From the IMG/VR virus record IMGVR_UViG_3300020045_011719, positions 1 through 35,651 of that record: DNA of 35,651 bases. The stretch is one strand, 5' to 3'. This DNA comes from a virus (taxonomy: Duplodnaviria; Caudoviricetes). Position 1 is the first letter of the stretch. Every line of letters begins with the position of its first letter. Below the pieces are notes generated by a model. The model did no database searches and was not told the DNA's origin. It worked only from the letters and a program-made list of their open reading frames with translations. A program made the position numbers and the translations under genes. This document shows, piece by piece, positions 7,882-16,271 of this stretch.

Positions 7882-8526
7882 TTATGCCAACCCAAGATCA
7901 ACTTCTTGCGCTACTTTGGCCATCAGAAATGATTTACAAATTTGATTGTATGCAAGTGAGTCTGTGTCGGTTTCAAAAGTTTCCTTGTTTGCAAAAAAGT
8001 CCACCCACTCGGTTGCTGTTTTTGTTTTGCATCCTATAGTGATGTCTTTTTTAGAGTAGTAGATAGTCCACTTGCACTGACCAATTATAGCTTTTGCCCC
8101 AACTCTTTGATCCCCTTCGACCCTTTGATACCCTTCGACTACTTGATACCCTTCGACTACTTGATACCTTTCGACTCTTTGACACCCTTCGACTATTTGA
8201 TACCCTTTGACTACTTGATACCCTTCGACTATTTGATCCCCTTTGACTATTTGATCCCCTTCGACTATTTGATCCCCTTTGACTACTTGATACCCTTCGA
8301 CTATTTGATCCCCTTTGACTACTTGATACCCTTCGACTATTTGATCCTCTTCGACTATTTGATCCTCTTCGACTCTTTGATACCCTTCGACTACTTGATT
8401 TCCTTTGACTACTAAAGTCTTCCCAAGTTTTTCAACTATCAAGTTCCCGTCATAGCATTGTCCATCTATTTCATACGCCCACCCAATATCTCTGCAGTCT
8501 TCTTTTTTTATGTAAAATGTTTTCAT
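7882..8526 (-). CDS. hexapeptide-repeat (beta-helix-like) protein
   Basis: 17 tandem V-[EK]-[GER]-x-Q-[VIR] units between unique N- and C-terminal domains (C-terminal IGCKTKTATEWVDFF). Confidence 0.75.
   Translation of the reverse strand: MKTFYIKKEDCRDIGWAYEIDGQCYDGNLIVEKLGKTLVVKGNQVVEGYQRVEEDQIVEEDQIVEGYQVVKGDQIVEGYQVVKGDQIVEGDQIVKGDQIVEGYQVVKGYQIVEGCQRVERYQVVEGYQVVEGYQRVEGDQRVGAKAIIGQCKWTIYYSKKDITIGCKTKTATEWVDFFANKETFETDTDSLAYNQICKSFLMAKVAQEVDLGLA
8104..8409. repeat. 18-bp coding tandem repeat, about 17 copies
   Basis: Plus-strand consensus CCCTTCGACTA(C/T)TTGAT(A/C), read directly from the sequence. Confidence 0.95.
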
Positions 8527-8577
8527 TTTCTTAACCCTGTATATTTAATCGATCTCTAGTCGTTAGCTTGCTTCTTA

Positions 8578-8593
8578 TTCCTGGCCGCTATGT
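8578..8593. repeat. 16-bp direct repeat, copy 1 (TTCCTGGCCGCTATGT)
   Basis: Identical to 9160-9175. Confidence 0.9.
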
Positions 8594-8607
8594 GCGCTCA
8601 AAAACTT

Positions 8608-8796
8608 TCAACTAGGCCCAGACCTAGACCTAGACCTAGACCTAGTCCAAGACCTAGACCAAGACCGCCGCCTAGACCTAGACCCAGACCCAGACCAAGA
8701 CCAAGACCAAGACCCAGACCTAGACTTAGACTTAGACCAAGACCAAGACCAAGACCGCTCAAGACCTGATTTTAATTGTGCTTGATTCATAAACAC
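8608..8796 (-). CDS. Ser-Arg/Ser-Trp dipeptide-repeat small protein
   Basis: (MF)MNQAQLKSGLERSWSWSWSKSKSRSGSWSWSWSGSGSRSRRRSWSRSWTRSRSRSRSGPS. Start may be GTG 8796 or ATG 8790. Same strand as all neighbours. Confidence 0.7.
   Translation of the reverse strand: MFMNQAQLKSGLERSWSWSWSKSKSRSGSWSWSWSGSGSRSRRRSWSRSWTRSRSRSRSGPS
8616..8757. repeat. 6-bp tandem repeat (GACC[A/T/C]A)n
   Basis: Units such as gaccta, gaccaa, gaccca and gactta encode S-R/W/G/K on the minus strand. Confidence 0.9.
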
Positions 8797-8801
8797 CTAC
8801 T

Positions 8802-9137
8802 TCATTTTTGTTTCCGATATAATTTAACAATCTTAGTTGCATCTACTATTGATCCTTTAGAAACTATGCAGTCATTAATAAATGGCTCTACTTCGCTAAA
8901 CTTATCACTATCTTTTAAAGCATCATGAAAACGGTCTGTGTCAGCAATCCAATCGGCATCTTGCAGTACTAAAAAATGAGACGATTTACTTTTAATTTTT
9001 CCAGTAAGTGTAAAAGTTACTGTTCTAATTAGGTAGTTCTCCCCAACTTCGAAAGGGCAGTCATCCGCTTGATTTGTTTTATTTAGCAAGTTTCCGATTT
9101 CTTTTAATTGTCCAATTGTCAGTGAGTTTAAATCCAT
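8802..9137 (-). CDS. conserved phage protein with Sm/LSm-like sequence pattern
   Basis: GGGGGA RBS. GENYLIRTVTFTLTGKIKSKSSHFLVLQDADW resembles the Sm1 motif and DCIVSKGSIVDAT the Sm2 motif. The fold is inferred by eye. Confidence 0.6.
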   Translation of the reverse strand: MDLNSLTIGQLKEIGNLLNKTNQADDCPFEVGENYLIRTVTFTLTGKIKSKSSHFLVLQDADWIADTDRFHDALKDSDKFSEVEPFINDCIVSKGSIVDATKIVKLYRKQK

Positions 9138-9149
9138 AATTCCCCCCTA

Positions 9150-9320
9150 TTATTTTTTCTTCCTGGCCGCTATGTAATTCCTAAAAACCATAAACATCTC
9201 TTGATCTTCAGCAAGGATATATGCCAGACACTTTAATATTTCTCTTACATCACCTATGCTTGCTTGGTGCTTTTTTCCTTCTCTTTCCATTATTAGCTTG
9301 ATTAAGTTTTTCATATTCAT
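9150..9320 (-). CDS. small basic helical protein (56 aa, not in ORF track)
   Basis: MNMKNLIKLIMEREGKKHQASIGDVREILKCLAYILAEDQEMFMVFRNYIAARKKK*. GAGGTG RBS. Overlaps the 3' end of the YqaJ gene and fills the 9137-9250 gap. Confidence 0.65.
   Translation of the reverse strand: MNMKNLIKLIMEREGKKHQASIGDVREILKCLAYILAEDQEMFMVFRNYIAARKKK
9160..9175. repeat. 16-bp direct repeat, copy 2
   Basis: Identical to 8578-8593. Lies in the 3' end of the 56-aa gene. Confidence 0.9.
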
Positions 9321-9861
9321 TTAACACCTCATCTCTTCTTTTGTTGATTACACAGTCCCAGAACCAGTCGACTTTATCAATAAGTCGTGCAATATATTCA
9401 TCATCTCTTTCTACGGGAATAACATTTATGCGATTCATGTTATCTATTTGAACCATTTCCAGCTCTTTACAATTCGTCACCATGTATTGATATTGAACTT
9501 GAGCCTTGTACTTGCTCGGAACCTTATCTGTAAATTTAGCACCACACCACTTTATCTCTATGACCTTATCTAGCTCTTTAGAGTAGCCATCAACATTACA
9601 CCTATAATGTGGCTTTTGAACATGAACAAACATTGCCGGTGGAAAGTCAGCATTATTCAATAACTCATAACGAGCACGAGCTATTGGTTCAAGAGTGTTT
9701 CCCTTATCCATCACCCATGAGCTTTTCTCTACAACTTCTAAGGCTACCTTACTGTCATATATATCCACCATGGTCGAATATGGAGATTCCCCCATAATCG
9801 GAGGACAGTCAGAACTACCAATTCCCAGCTGTCTTTGTTTAAGCCATTCAACTCTATCCAC
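9250..9861 (-). CDS. YqaJ-like viral recombinase / lambda-type exonuclease
   Basis: EWLKQRQLGIGSSD..IMGESPY, GNTLEPIAR, NVDG...IEIK, YKAQVQYQ. Confidence 0.9.
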   Translation of the reverse strand: MDRVEWLKQRQLGIGSSDCPPIMGESPYSTMVDIYDSKVALEVVEKSSWVMDKGNTLEPIARARYELLNNADFPPAMFVHVQKPHYRCNVDGYSKELDKVIEIKWCGAKFTDKVPSKYKAQVQYQYMVTNCKELEMVQIDNMNRINVIPVERDDEYIARLIDKVDWFWDCVINKRRDEVLNEYEKLNQANNGKRRKKAPSKHR

Positions 9862-9952
9862 ATGTACCCCTTTTTTTTAATATTTTTATAAAAATATTTA
9901 CATTTTGTAAACCATAAAGTAATTATTGTCCATTAAGTATTTTGGAGGGTTT
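9862..9952. promoter_or_regulatory. divergent AT-rich control region with two adjoining palindromes
   Basis: Separates leftward and rightward operons. Perfect palindrome AATATTTTTATAAAAATATT (9879-9898) and TTTACA-ttt-TGTAAA (9897-9911). Confidence 0.65.
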
Positions 9953-10132
9953 ATGTTAAAGGATTTAATTGCAATTATTAAAGAGAGGGGAATTTTACAA
10001 GTTAGTATAGATTTAAATTATACCTCTGCAGCGGCAATCTTAAACTGGGTTAAATTAAAGAGAGTGCCAAAAATAAGGCATGAGAAGGTTAGAGGTTACA
10101 TTGCTCAATATAAGAAGGGGGTTGCTGAATGA
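9953..10132 (+). CDS. Cro-like helix-turn-helix regulator
   Basis: GGAGG RBS before ATG 9953. GILQVSIDLNYTSAAAILNWVKLKRVP HTH pattern. First gene of the rightward operon. Confidence 0.7.
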   Translation: MLKDLIAIIKERGILQVSIDLNYTSAAAILNWVKLKRVPKIRHEKVRGYIAQYKKGVAE

Positions 10133-11010
10133 GTATTTTAGAAAGAAAAACAAATGGAGTTAAATCATCTCCATACTCTGTTGTAATTTTCGGAGTGCCT
10201 GGGGTGGGCAAAACTGGTTTTGCATCTTCATTTGAGAAGCCAATATTTATAGATTTAGAAGGTGGCTCAGGTCATTACAATGTAGATAGAGTTACAAATT
10301 TATCTTGGCTTGAAGTTATTCAACTTCTGACTGAGTTAAAAGAAAGTGAGTATAAAACTGTTGTAATAGATTCACTTGATTGGCTAGAAAGATTATCTCA
10401 TGAACATATTTGCAAGACTCAAAAAGTAGCAGCAATTGAAGATAGTTTTGGCTCTTATGGTAAGTGGGTTGGTGGAGTAATAAAAGAATGGTCGCCAGTA
10501 ATAACTCTGCTAAGAGAATTAAGAGACATGGGAAAGAATGTTGTAATGGTAGGACACTCTCATATAAAGGTTTTTAATGACCCATCAACTGCATTACCTT
10601 ATGATAGATTTGTTTTAAAAATGAATGACAAGCTCTCTTCTGTCTTAACTGAATGGGTTGATTGTGTTCTATTCGCAAACTTTGAAACATACTCGGTAAG
10701 TAAAGATTCTAAAGCTGTAAAGGGCAAGGGTTTCTCTACTGGCATTAGAAAGCTATATTGTGAAAAGCGTGCGGCTTACGATGCAAAAAATAGATTTGGA
10801 TTACCTGAGTCTATTAACCTAGACTATGAGGAGTTTATTCGTCTAGCCACAGTGATAAAACCAGACCTTAAGAAAGAAATTGAATCCCTTATGCTCGACA
10901 TACAGGACGCTGATCTATTGGAAAAAATAAAATCATCACTGGTTGGTGCAGATGATAATAAATTAAATCAGATCAAGAATAGAATCTTGGTCATACTTCA
11001 GGAGAAATAA
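10129..11010 (+). CDS. Sak4-like P-loop ATPase (AAA_24), single-strand annealing protein
   Basis: GVPGVGKT, FIDLEGG, VVIDSLDWLE, EWVDCVLFA, DAKNRFGLP. Confidence 0.85.
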   Translation: MSILERKTNGVKSSPYSVVIFGVPGVGKTGFASSFEKPIFIDLEGGSGHYNVDRVTNLSWLEVIQLLTELKESEYKTVVIDSLDWLERLSHEHICKTQKVAAIEDSFGSYGKWVGGVIKEWSPVITLLRELRDMGKNVVMVGHSHIKVFNDPSTALPYDRFVLKMNDKLSSVLTEWVDCVLFANFETYSVSKDSKAVKGKGFSTGIRKLYCEKRAAYDAKNRFGLPESINLDYEEFIRLATVIKPDLKKEIESLMLDIQDADLLEKIKSSLVGADDNKLNQIKNRILVILQEK

Positions 11011-11012
11011 AT

Positions 11013-11468
11013 ATGTTATTAGGAAGACCGCAAAGCGCACAATTTACAACTACATCAAAGGGTGATCCGGCCATCTATATTTCTATAGTTGCTGATGAAA
11101 ATGGTCATACACACTCTTCTCTATTTTCCCTAGGCTCAGACAAGTCAAAGGAATATGTATTTAAGGTTCTTCATTATCTAGGATATGATAGCGCCTCTGA
11201 TCCAGACATGTTAAAACTTCTCGACGATTGTGCAGTTGATACAAATAAAACCATTGAGTTCGAACTAGAAGATCAAATTTCTAACGATGGAAAGACTTAT
11301 AAAAATCTAAAATTTCCAAAGTTAACTCTTAATACATTCGGTCCTAAAAATGTAGTTACCAAGGAAGAGGCTAAAATGATTATAGTTAGCACTGGAATTA
11401 AGAATTTGTTTGGCGATTTAAATAAGAAGTTTGATTTAGTAAAGAAAGGTGCAGATGTCCCATTTTAA
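11013..11468 (+). CDS. putative single-stranded DNA-binding protein
   Basis: Directly follows the Sak4-like gene. OB-fold-like beta pattern. C-terminal DVPF tail typical of SSBs. Confidence 0.6.
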   Translation: MLLGRPQSAQFTTTSKGDPAIYISIVADENGHTHSSLFSLGSDKSKEYVFKVLHYLGYDSASDPDMLKLLDDCAVDTNKTIEFELEDQISNDGKTYKNLKFPKLTLNTFGPKNVVTKEEAKMIIVSTGIKNLFGDLNKKFDLVKKGADVPF

Positions 11469-12003
11469 AATATTTGCTGATATTGAATCTACTGGATTTG
11501 ATCCGATAAGAAATGATGTGACAAGTTTGGGGGCCATTGTAACAGATGGCCATCTTAATTATATTTCAGAATTTTACACTACAGTAAGGCCATGTATTAA
11601 TAAATTTACAAGCGATGAAGCTCTGGCTGTTTCGGGATTTACCAAAGATCAATTATTAGAACATAAGCCACAAAGGGAAGCATGCATTGATTTTATGTGG
11701 TTCTTAAAACCATTTCTATCAGAAGAGCCTCAAGTTATGGTTTCCCACACCTCTAATAATTTTGACTGGAGATTTATTGACTGGCTTTTTAGAAAGCAAG
11801 ACCTTAATTACAATTTATATAAAGTACTGAGACATGATTATCAGGAATCAACAATTAAAATTGCCAGAGATTATGGACACTCAAATAACAAACTTAATGA
11901 TTGGGCAATGAAGTTGAACTTAAAATTTAATCATCATAATGCCCTAGATGACGCGAGAATGTGTATGGAGGTTTATAAATGGCTATTGAACACGAAAACT
12001 TAG
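11455..12003 (+). CDS. DEDDh 3'-5' exonuclease (DnaQ/RNase T superfamily)
   Basis: ExoI DIESTG, ExoII HTSNNFD, ExoIII HHNALDDA. Confidence 0.9.
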   Translation: MSHFKIFADIESTGFDPIRNDVTSLGAIVTDGHLNYISEFYTTVRPCINKFTSDEALAVSGFTKDQLLEHKPQREACIDFMWFLKPFLSEEPQVMVSHTSNNFDWRFIDWLFRKQDLNYNLYKVLRHDYQESTIKIARDYGHSNNKLNDWAMKLNLKFNHHNALDDARMCMEVYKWLLNTKT

Positions 12004-12296
12004 TCAAACTAGCACTTGTATCATTGTCACAATTGCCAAAAACCAGAGCATGGGCAAATAATACAGGTACGGCCAGAAGTCTAACTGGCAATAGAATAAT
12101 TAAATATGGATTAGTTGGATCATCGGATATTTTGTGTATAAGTGATGGCCTGTTTGTATGTGTAGAAATAAAGATAGGTAAAGATTATCAAAAACCAAAT
12201 CAAATTAAATTTCAAAGAATGATAGAAGAATGTGGAGGAATGTATTTTATTATTAGAAATAAAGAAGATATAGAAACAATGAAGCGCATGCTATAA
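11979..12296 (+). CDS. VRR-NUC domain nuclease
   Basis: NNTG...YGLVGSSDIL...FVCVEIK...Q..FQ...GGMYFIIR. Confidence 0.85.
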   Translation: MAIEHENLVKLALVSLSQLPKTRAWANNTGTARSLTGNRIIKYGLVGSSDILCISDGLFVCVEIKIGKDYQKPNQIKFQRMIEECGGMYFIIRNKEDIETMKRML

Positions 12297-12355
12297 ACAC
12301 ACGCTACATCTAACAACAAGCACTGGAATTATTTTTATATCCATAGAGTAAAAAC

Positions 12356-13897
12356 ATGTCAATGAAATTAAGAGACTATCAGGAAAAAGGAATTTCACAA
12401 TTAAGAAGTAAATTTAAAGAGGGAAAGAAAAGAGTTATATTTTTTCTTGCCACAGGTGGAGGAAAAGGCGCCTGTATTTCTTGGCTTATTGATTCATGTA
12501 TAAAGAACAACACAAGAGTTTTAGTTCTGGTAAGAAGAAGAAGTTTAATAGTTCAAATAGTCCAAATAGTTAAAATGTATCACAATAATATTGCAGGAAT
12601 AATTATGGGAACAACTCCCATGAATTTATCACATCTGTGCCAAGTGGCATCCATAGATACATTTCACAGAAGAATAGATAAACTAAAAAATGATTTTAAA
12701 TTCATTATAATAGATGAGTGTCATGACACATCCTCGCCAAGTTACAAAAGGGCATTGGAGTGGTTAGGCGATAAGCAATATGTGGGATTTACCGCTACTC
12801 CATTTAATGAAAATCCATTCTGGGAAGATTACGTTAAACCGATAGAGATGCATGAACTTAGAGATCAGGGTTCACTTTCAGATGCAAAGGTATATTCTCC
12901 TCCGACGATAGATGTATCTGAGGTTCGCAAACAGGCAGGTGACTTCAATAACCAAGACCTATTCGATAAAACAACGAAGTCAAAGGTTATTGGTGATGTA
13001 GTAGAGCATTACATAAAATATGGCCTAGATAAACCAGCAATACTGTTTGCAGTAAATAAAGCACATTCAAAAATAATGGCAGCCGCATTTAATAATTCTG
13101 GAATACCGGCAACACACTGTGATGATGAGCACACTGTCGAAGAGAGATCTATTGCAATAAGAAATCTTGAAAGTGGTAAGATAAAGGTATTATGCAATTG
13201 CAATATATTTTCAACTGGTGTTGATATACCAGTGGCCCAGGTTGGAATTATGGTAAGGCCAACAATGAGCGAGATTCTCTATGTTCAACAAATAGGAAGA
13301 CTACTAAGACCTCATAAGAATAAAGATTATGCAATTATATTGGATCATGCTGGGAATACCCATAGACATGGAATGCCCTTTGAGGTGAGGGATGCTGTCA
13401 TTGGAGCTGATGATAAAAATAAAAATAAAAATAAAAATAACATTGGAAAATTAAGAACATATACATGTAAGGAATGTTTTTATATTTCAGCAACAAACTT
13501 TATACAATGCCCTATGTGTGATCATGAAAGAAAATTAACAGATAGGGTAATAGATCATGAAGATGGGGAGCTAATTGAAATAACTAAAATTGATCCGATA
13601 AAAAGATATTATGATAAACTGTTAAAGCTAGAAAAAGAAAAAGGGTATAAACCATTTGCAAAGTTTTTTAAACTTTATGAAAGGTTTGGTGATGAGTCAA
13701 TTCATATGATTCATAAATCAGTTCCAATGCTTTGGCGCAAATCATGTCCTGCTAAAAAGAAATGTCCAATAAACTCTGTAATTATTATAAACGGCATTTA
13801 CAAGTGTAATGCTTGCGGTACAAAATACACCGCTAACAACAACACAAAGGAAATTATCAATGACGAAGCCAGTTCTACCGGAAGATTTTCAATTTAA
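12356..13897 (+). CDS. superfamily 2 DNA helicase (RadD/YejH-like) with C-terminal zinc fingers
   Basis: LRDYQ, TGGGKG, DECH, TATP, GVDIP, QQIGRLLR, ILDHAGN; several CxxC pairs. Confidence 0.9.
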   Translation: MSMKLRDYQEKGISQLRSKFKEGKKRVIFFLATGGGKGACISWLIDSCIKNNTRVLVLVRRRSLIVQIVQIVKMYHNNIAGIIMGTTPMNLSHLCQVASIDTFHRRIDKLKNDFKFIIIDECHDTSSPSYKRALEWLGDKQYVGFTATPFNENPFWEDYVKPIEMHELRDQGSLSDAKVYSPPTIDVSEVRKQAGDFNNQDLFDKTTKSKVIGDVVEHYIKYGLDKPAILFAVNKAHSKIMAAAFNNSGIPATHCDDEHTVEERSIAIRNLESGKIKVLCNCNIFSTGVDIPVAQVGIMVRPTMSEILYVQQIGRLLRPHKNKDYAIILDHAGNTHRHGMPFEVRDAVIGADDKNKNKNKNNIGKLRTYTCKECFYISATNFIQCPMCDHERKLTDRVIDHEDGELIEITKIDPIKRYYDKLLKLEKEKGYKPFAKFFKLYERFGDESIHMIHKSVPMLWRKSCPAKKKCPINSVIIINGIYKCNACGTKYTANNNTKEIINDEASSTGRFSI

Positions 13898-16271
13898 TAC
13901 AAACACATTTTACAGATACGGTGAAAAAGAATCATTGTGGGCCATTGGAAAAGAATGGATCTATAAGGGGAATGTTTACCAATGCATTGTCTATGGAGAT
14001 TGGAAGCAATCAACTTCCGATAAATGGCTTTCTTATGATCAAAAAAATACATCTACAGAATTTAAAAAGCATCAAACAGAAGCACTTAAAGAAATCCAAC
14101 TAATAGTAAATGGAGAAAGGGAAAAGAAAAACAAAGAGTGTGTTGAAAAGTGGCTTCCAATATTCAACGAGACCTCGTCAGAATCTAATATTCATCCGTA
14201 TATGCTATCAAAGGGTCTTACCAGCAACTATTTAGGGAGAGTCTCTAGGGGTATGCTAATGATACCTGCATTAGATCACAATGGTTTTACTGGACTTCAA
14301 TTAATATTTAAAACTGAAAATGAATTCATAAAAAGATTTACTACTGGAATAAAAAAGAAAGGGTCAATTGCACCTATTAATGATGATTATCGTACGGCCG
14401 AGTATGTGATGGTAACGGAGGGATATGCTACCGCTGCGAGTGTATATGAGGCAACAGGCATTCCAACTGTATCAGCATTTGACTGTGGTAATTTGCAAGA
14501 AGCAATTAGGACAATTAGACATATTAATCCAACATGTAAAATTACAATATGTGCAGATGATGATAAATCAGGAATTGGTGCCAAGAAAGCCTATCAATGT
14601 AGAGCTGCATTTATTAACGTCATAGTTAAAAAACCAAAATTTACATTCAAATCTGATTCACTTACTGACTTTAATGATCTTCACATGACAGAAGGGCCAG
14701 ATGTGGTTAAAGAGCAGCTAAATATAACAGAATCCGACTTTATTAAAATATCTATTTTGGGAAGCTTTGGAAGTTCATCCGTTAAGTATTTCTATTTCTC
14801 TTCAATGAGCAATCGCATATATCAACTATCTGCCAGTGAGCACAATAAAAACAATCTACTCCAAATGGCACCTAAAAAATACTGGGGGCAAAGATATGGA
14901 TTTTCTAAAGACAAGGATGGTGTACCTACCGACTCTCCTATGTGGAATGAAATAAGTGGCCATCTATTTGTCGAGCAGGCCATGAAAGGTTTTTTTGATC
15001 CTAGAAACATAAGAGGCGTAGGCCCTTGGATTGATAATAAGAGATTTATCTATAATCTAGGTGATAAGATACTCATGGATGGCGAAATAGTATCAACCGT
15101 CCCCGATTCTAAATTTATGTATCAATCATCAAGTGAAATAACTCTAGCGAGTCCTGCCAGTATTGAAGACTGTCAAGAAATAATAAGCACATTCTACAAT
15201 TTATCATACAGAAATAAAGAGGACTTCTATTATCTCTGTGGATGGATAGCCATGGCCCCAATATTCAACTATGTCGATTGGAGGCCTCATATCTGGCTCA
15301 CAGGCCCTAGAGGATCTGGTAAATCAAGCATTCTTAAAATGATATCCAAACTTGCTGGTGATGGTACCGTTTATCAATCTGTGACCGCGGCCGCAATTAG
15401 ACAGTCTCTCAAGCATGATGCCATCGCCATGATTATCGACGAAGCTGAGCCAAATTCTAAGGAGGCTAATAGACGCATGGATGAGATTATAGAGGTAATC
15501 AGACAATGTTCATCTAATATGATTACAAAGTCCATCAGAGGATCATCTACAGGTGATGCCATCGAATATAATGTAAACTCATGTTTTCTGCTAAGCTCTA
15601 TTCAAACATACCTTCCTACTGAGGCCGATCGATCCAGGTTCTTCCAGATAGAATTGACGCAATCAGACAATTATGACATGTGGAAGGCAGTCCAGCATCA
15701 ATTTACCAAGGTAGAGCATATGGGACCAAACCTAATGAGCCGTATGATCAATATGGCACCAATCGTAAGGCATAATATAAGGGTTTTTAGGGATCTATTA
15801 TTAACTAATGACGATGTTAAAGAGGCTCGTATGGCAGACCAAATAGGCACATCTATGGGCTGCTATAGTGCCATGCTTTATGATCACAGAATTACCAAAG
15901 AAGAAGCCGAAATTCTATTAATGACCATTAATTTAAAACAATCAGACTATGTTGAAAATAATGAATCAGATGAATCTGATGAATGCCTCAATGCAATGAT
16001 GGATACGATAATAAATAAAAATGATATGAAGACAGTGCGTCAATATTACGATGATTCTAGTGTTCATGTTCTAAAATCTCTTGGACTAATGCGTAAGGGA
16101 AACCATCTTTACATATCCAATAAAAATGTCGAGATGCAGAAAATAATGGATGCGGCTGGCTATAGTAATTACATTGCCATACTGCGTAGACATAAGCACT
16201 GCGTCGATAGAAGCATTGTCATGAGGGTCGATACGATTTCGGCTAGGTACGTCAAAATCAAGATAGGCTAA
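13860..16271 (+). CDS. Toprim primase fused to P-loop helicase
   Basis: Toprim motifs TEGYATAAS, AFDCGNL, CADDD and TDFNDL. Walker A GPRGSGKS and Walker B IIDEAE. ATG 13860 follows AAGGA. Confidence 0.85.
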   Translation: MTKPVLPEDFQFNTNTFYRYGEKESLWAIGKEWIYKGNVYQCIVYGDWKQSTSDKWLSYDQKNTSTEFKKHQTEALKEIQLIVNGEREKKNKECVEKWLPIFNETSSESNIHPYMLSKGLTSNYLGRVSRGMLMIPALDHNGFTGLQLIFKTENEFIKRFTTGIKKKGSIAPINDDYRTAEYVMVTEGYATAASVYEATGIPTVSAFDCGNLQEAIRTIRHINPTCKITICADDDKSGIGAKKAYQCRAAFINVIVKKPKFTFKSDSLTDFNDLHMTEGPDVVKEQLNITESDFIKISILGSFGSSSVKYFYFSSMSNRIYQLSASEHNKNNLLQMAPKKYWGQRYGFSKDKDGVPTDSPMWNEISGHLFVEQAMKGFFDPRNIRGVGPWIDNKRFIYNLGDKILMDGEIVSTVPDSKFMYQSSSEITLASPASIEDCQEIISTFYNLSYRNKEDFYYLCGWIAMAPIFNYVDWRPHIWLTGPRGSGKSSILKMISKLAGDGTVYQSVTAAAIRQSLKHDAIAMIIDEAEPNSKEANRRMDEIIEVIRQCSSNMITKSIRGSSTGDAIEYNVNSCFLLSSIQTYLPTEADRSRFFQIELTQSDNYDMWKAVQHQFTKVEHMGPNLMSRMINMAPIVRHNIRVFRDLLLTNDDVKEARMADQIGTSMGCYSAMLYDHRITKEEAEILLMTINLKQSDYVENNESDESDECLNAMMDTIINKNDMKTVRQYYDDSSVHVLKSLGLMRKGNHLYISNKNVEMQKIMDAAGYSNYIAILRRHKHCVDRSIVMRVDTISARYVKIKIG

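Noticed and set aside
8107-8415. Plus-strand ORF of (IPFDYL)n
   Set aside because: Antisense shadow of the 18-bp repeat. It has no unique sequence or RBS, and all neighbouring genes are on the minus strand.
8104-8757. Repeat arrays as possible CRISPR array or DGR template/variable repeats
   Set aside because: The units are contiguous with no unique spacers and are in-frame coding. No cas or reverse transcriptase gene is present.
13413-13440. (ATAAAA)n microsatellite in the helicase as a phase-variation switch
   Set aside because: The 6-bp unit preserves frame and only encodes a KN linker.
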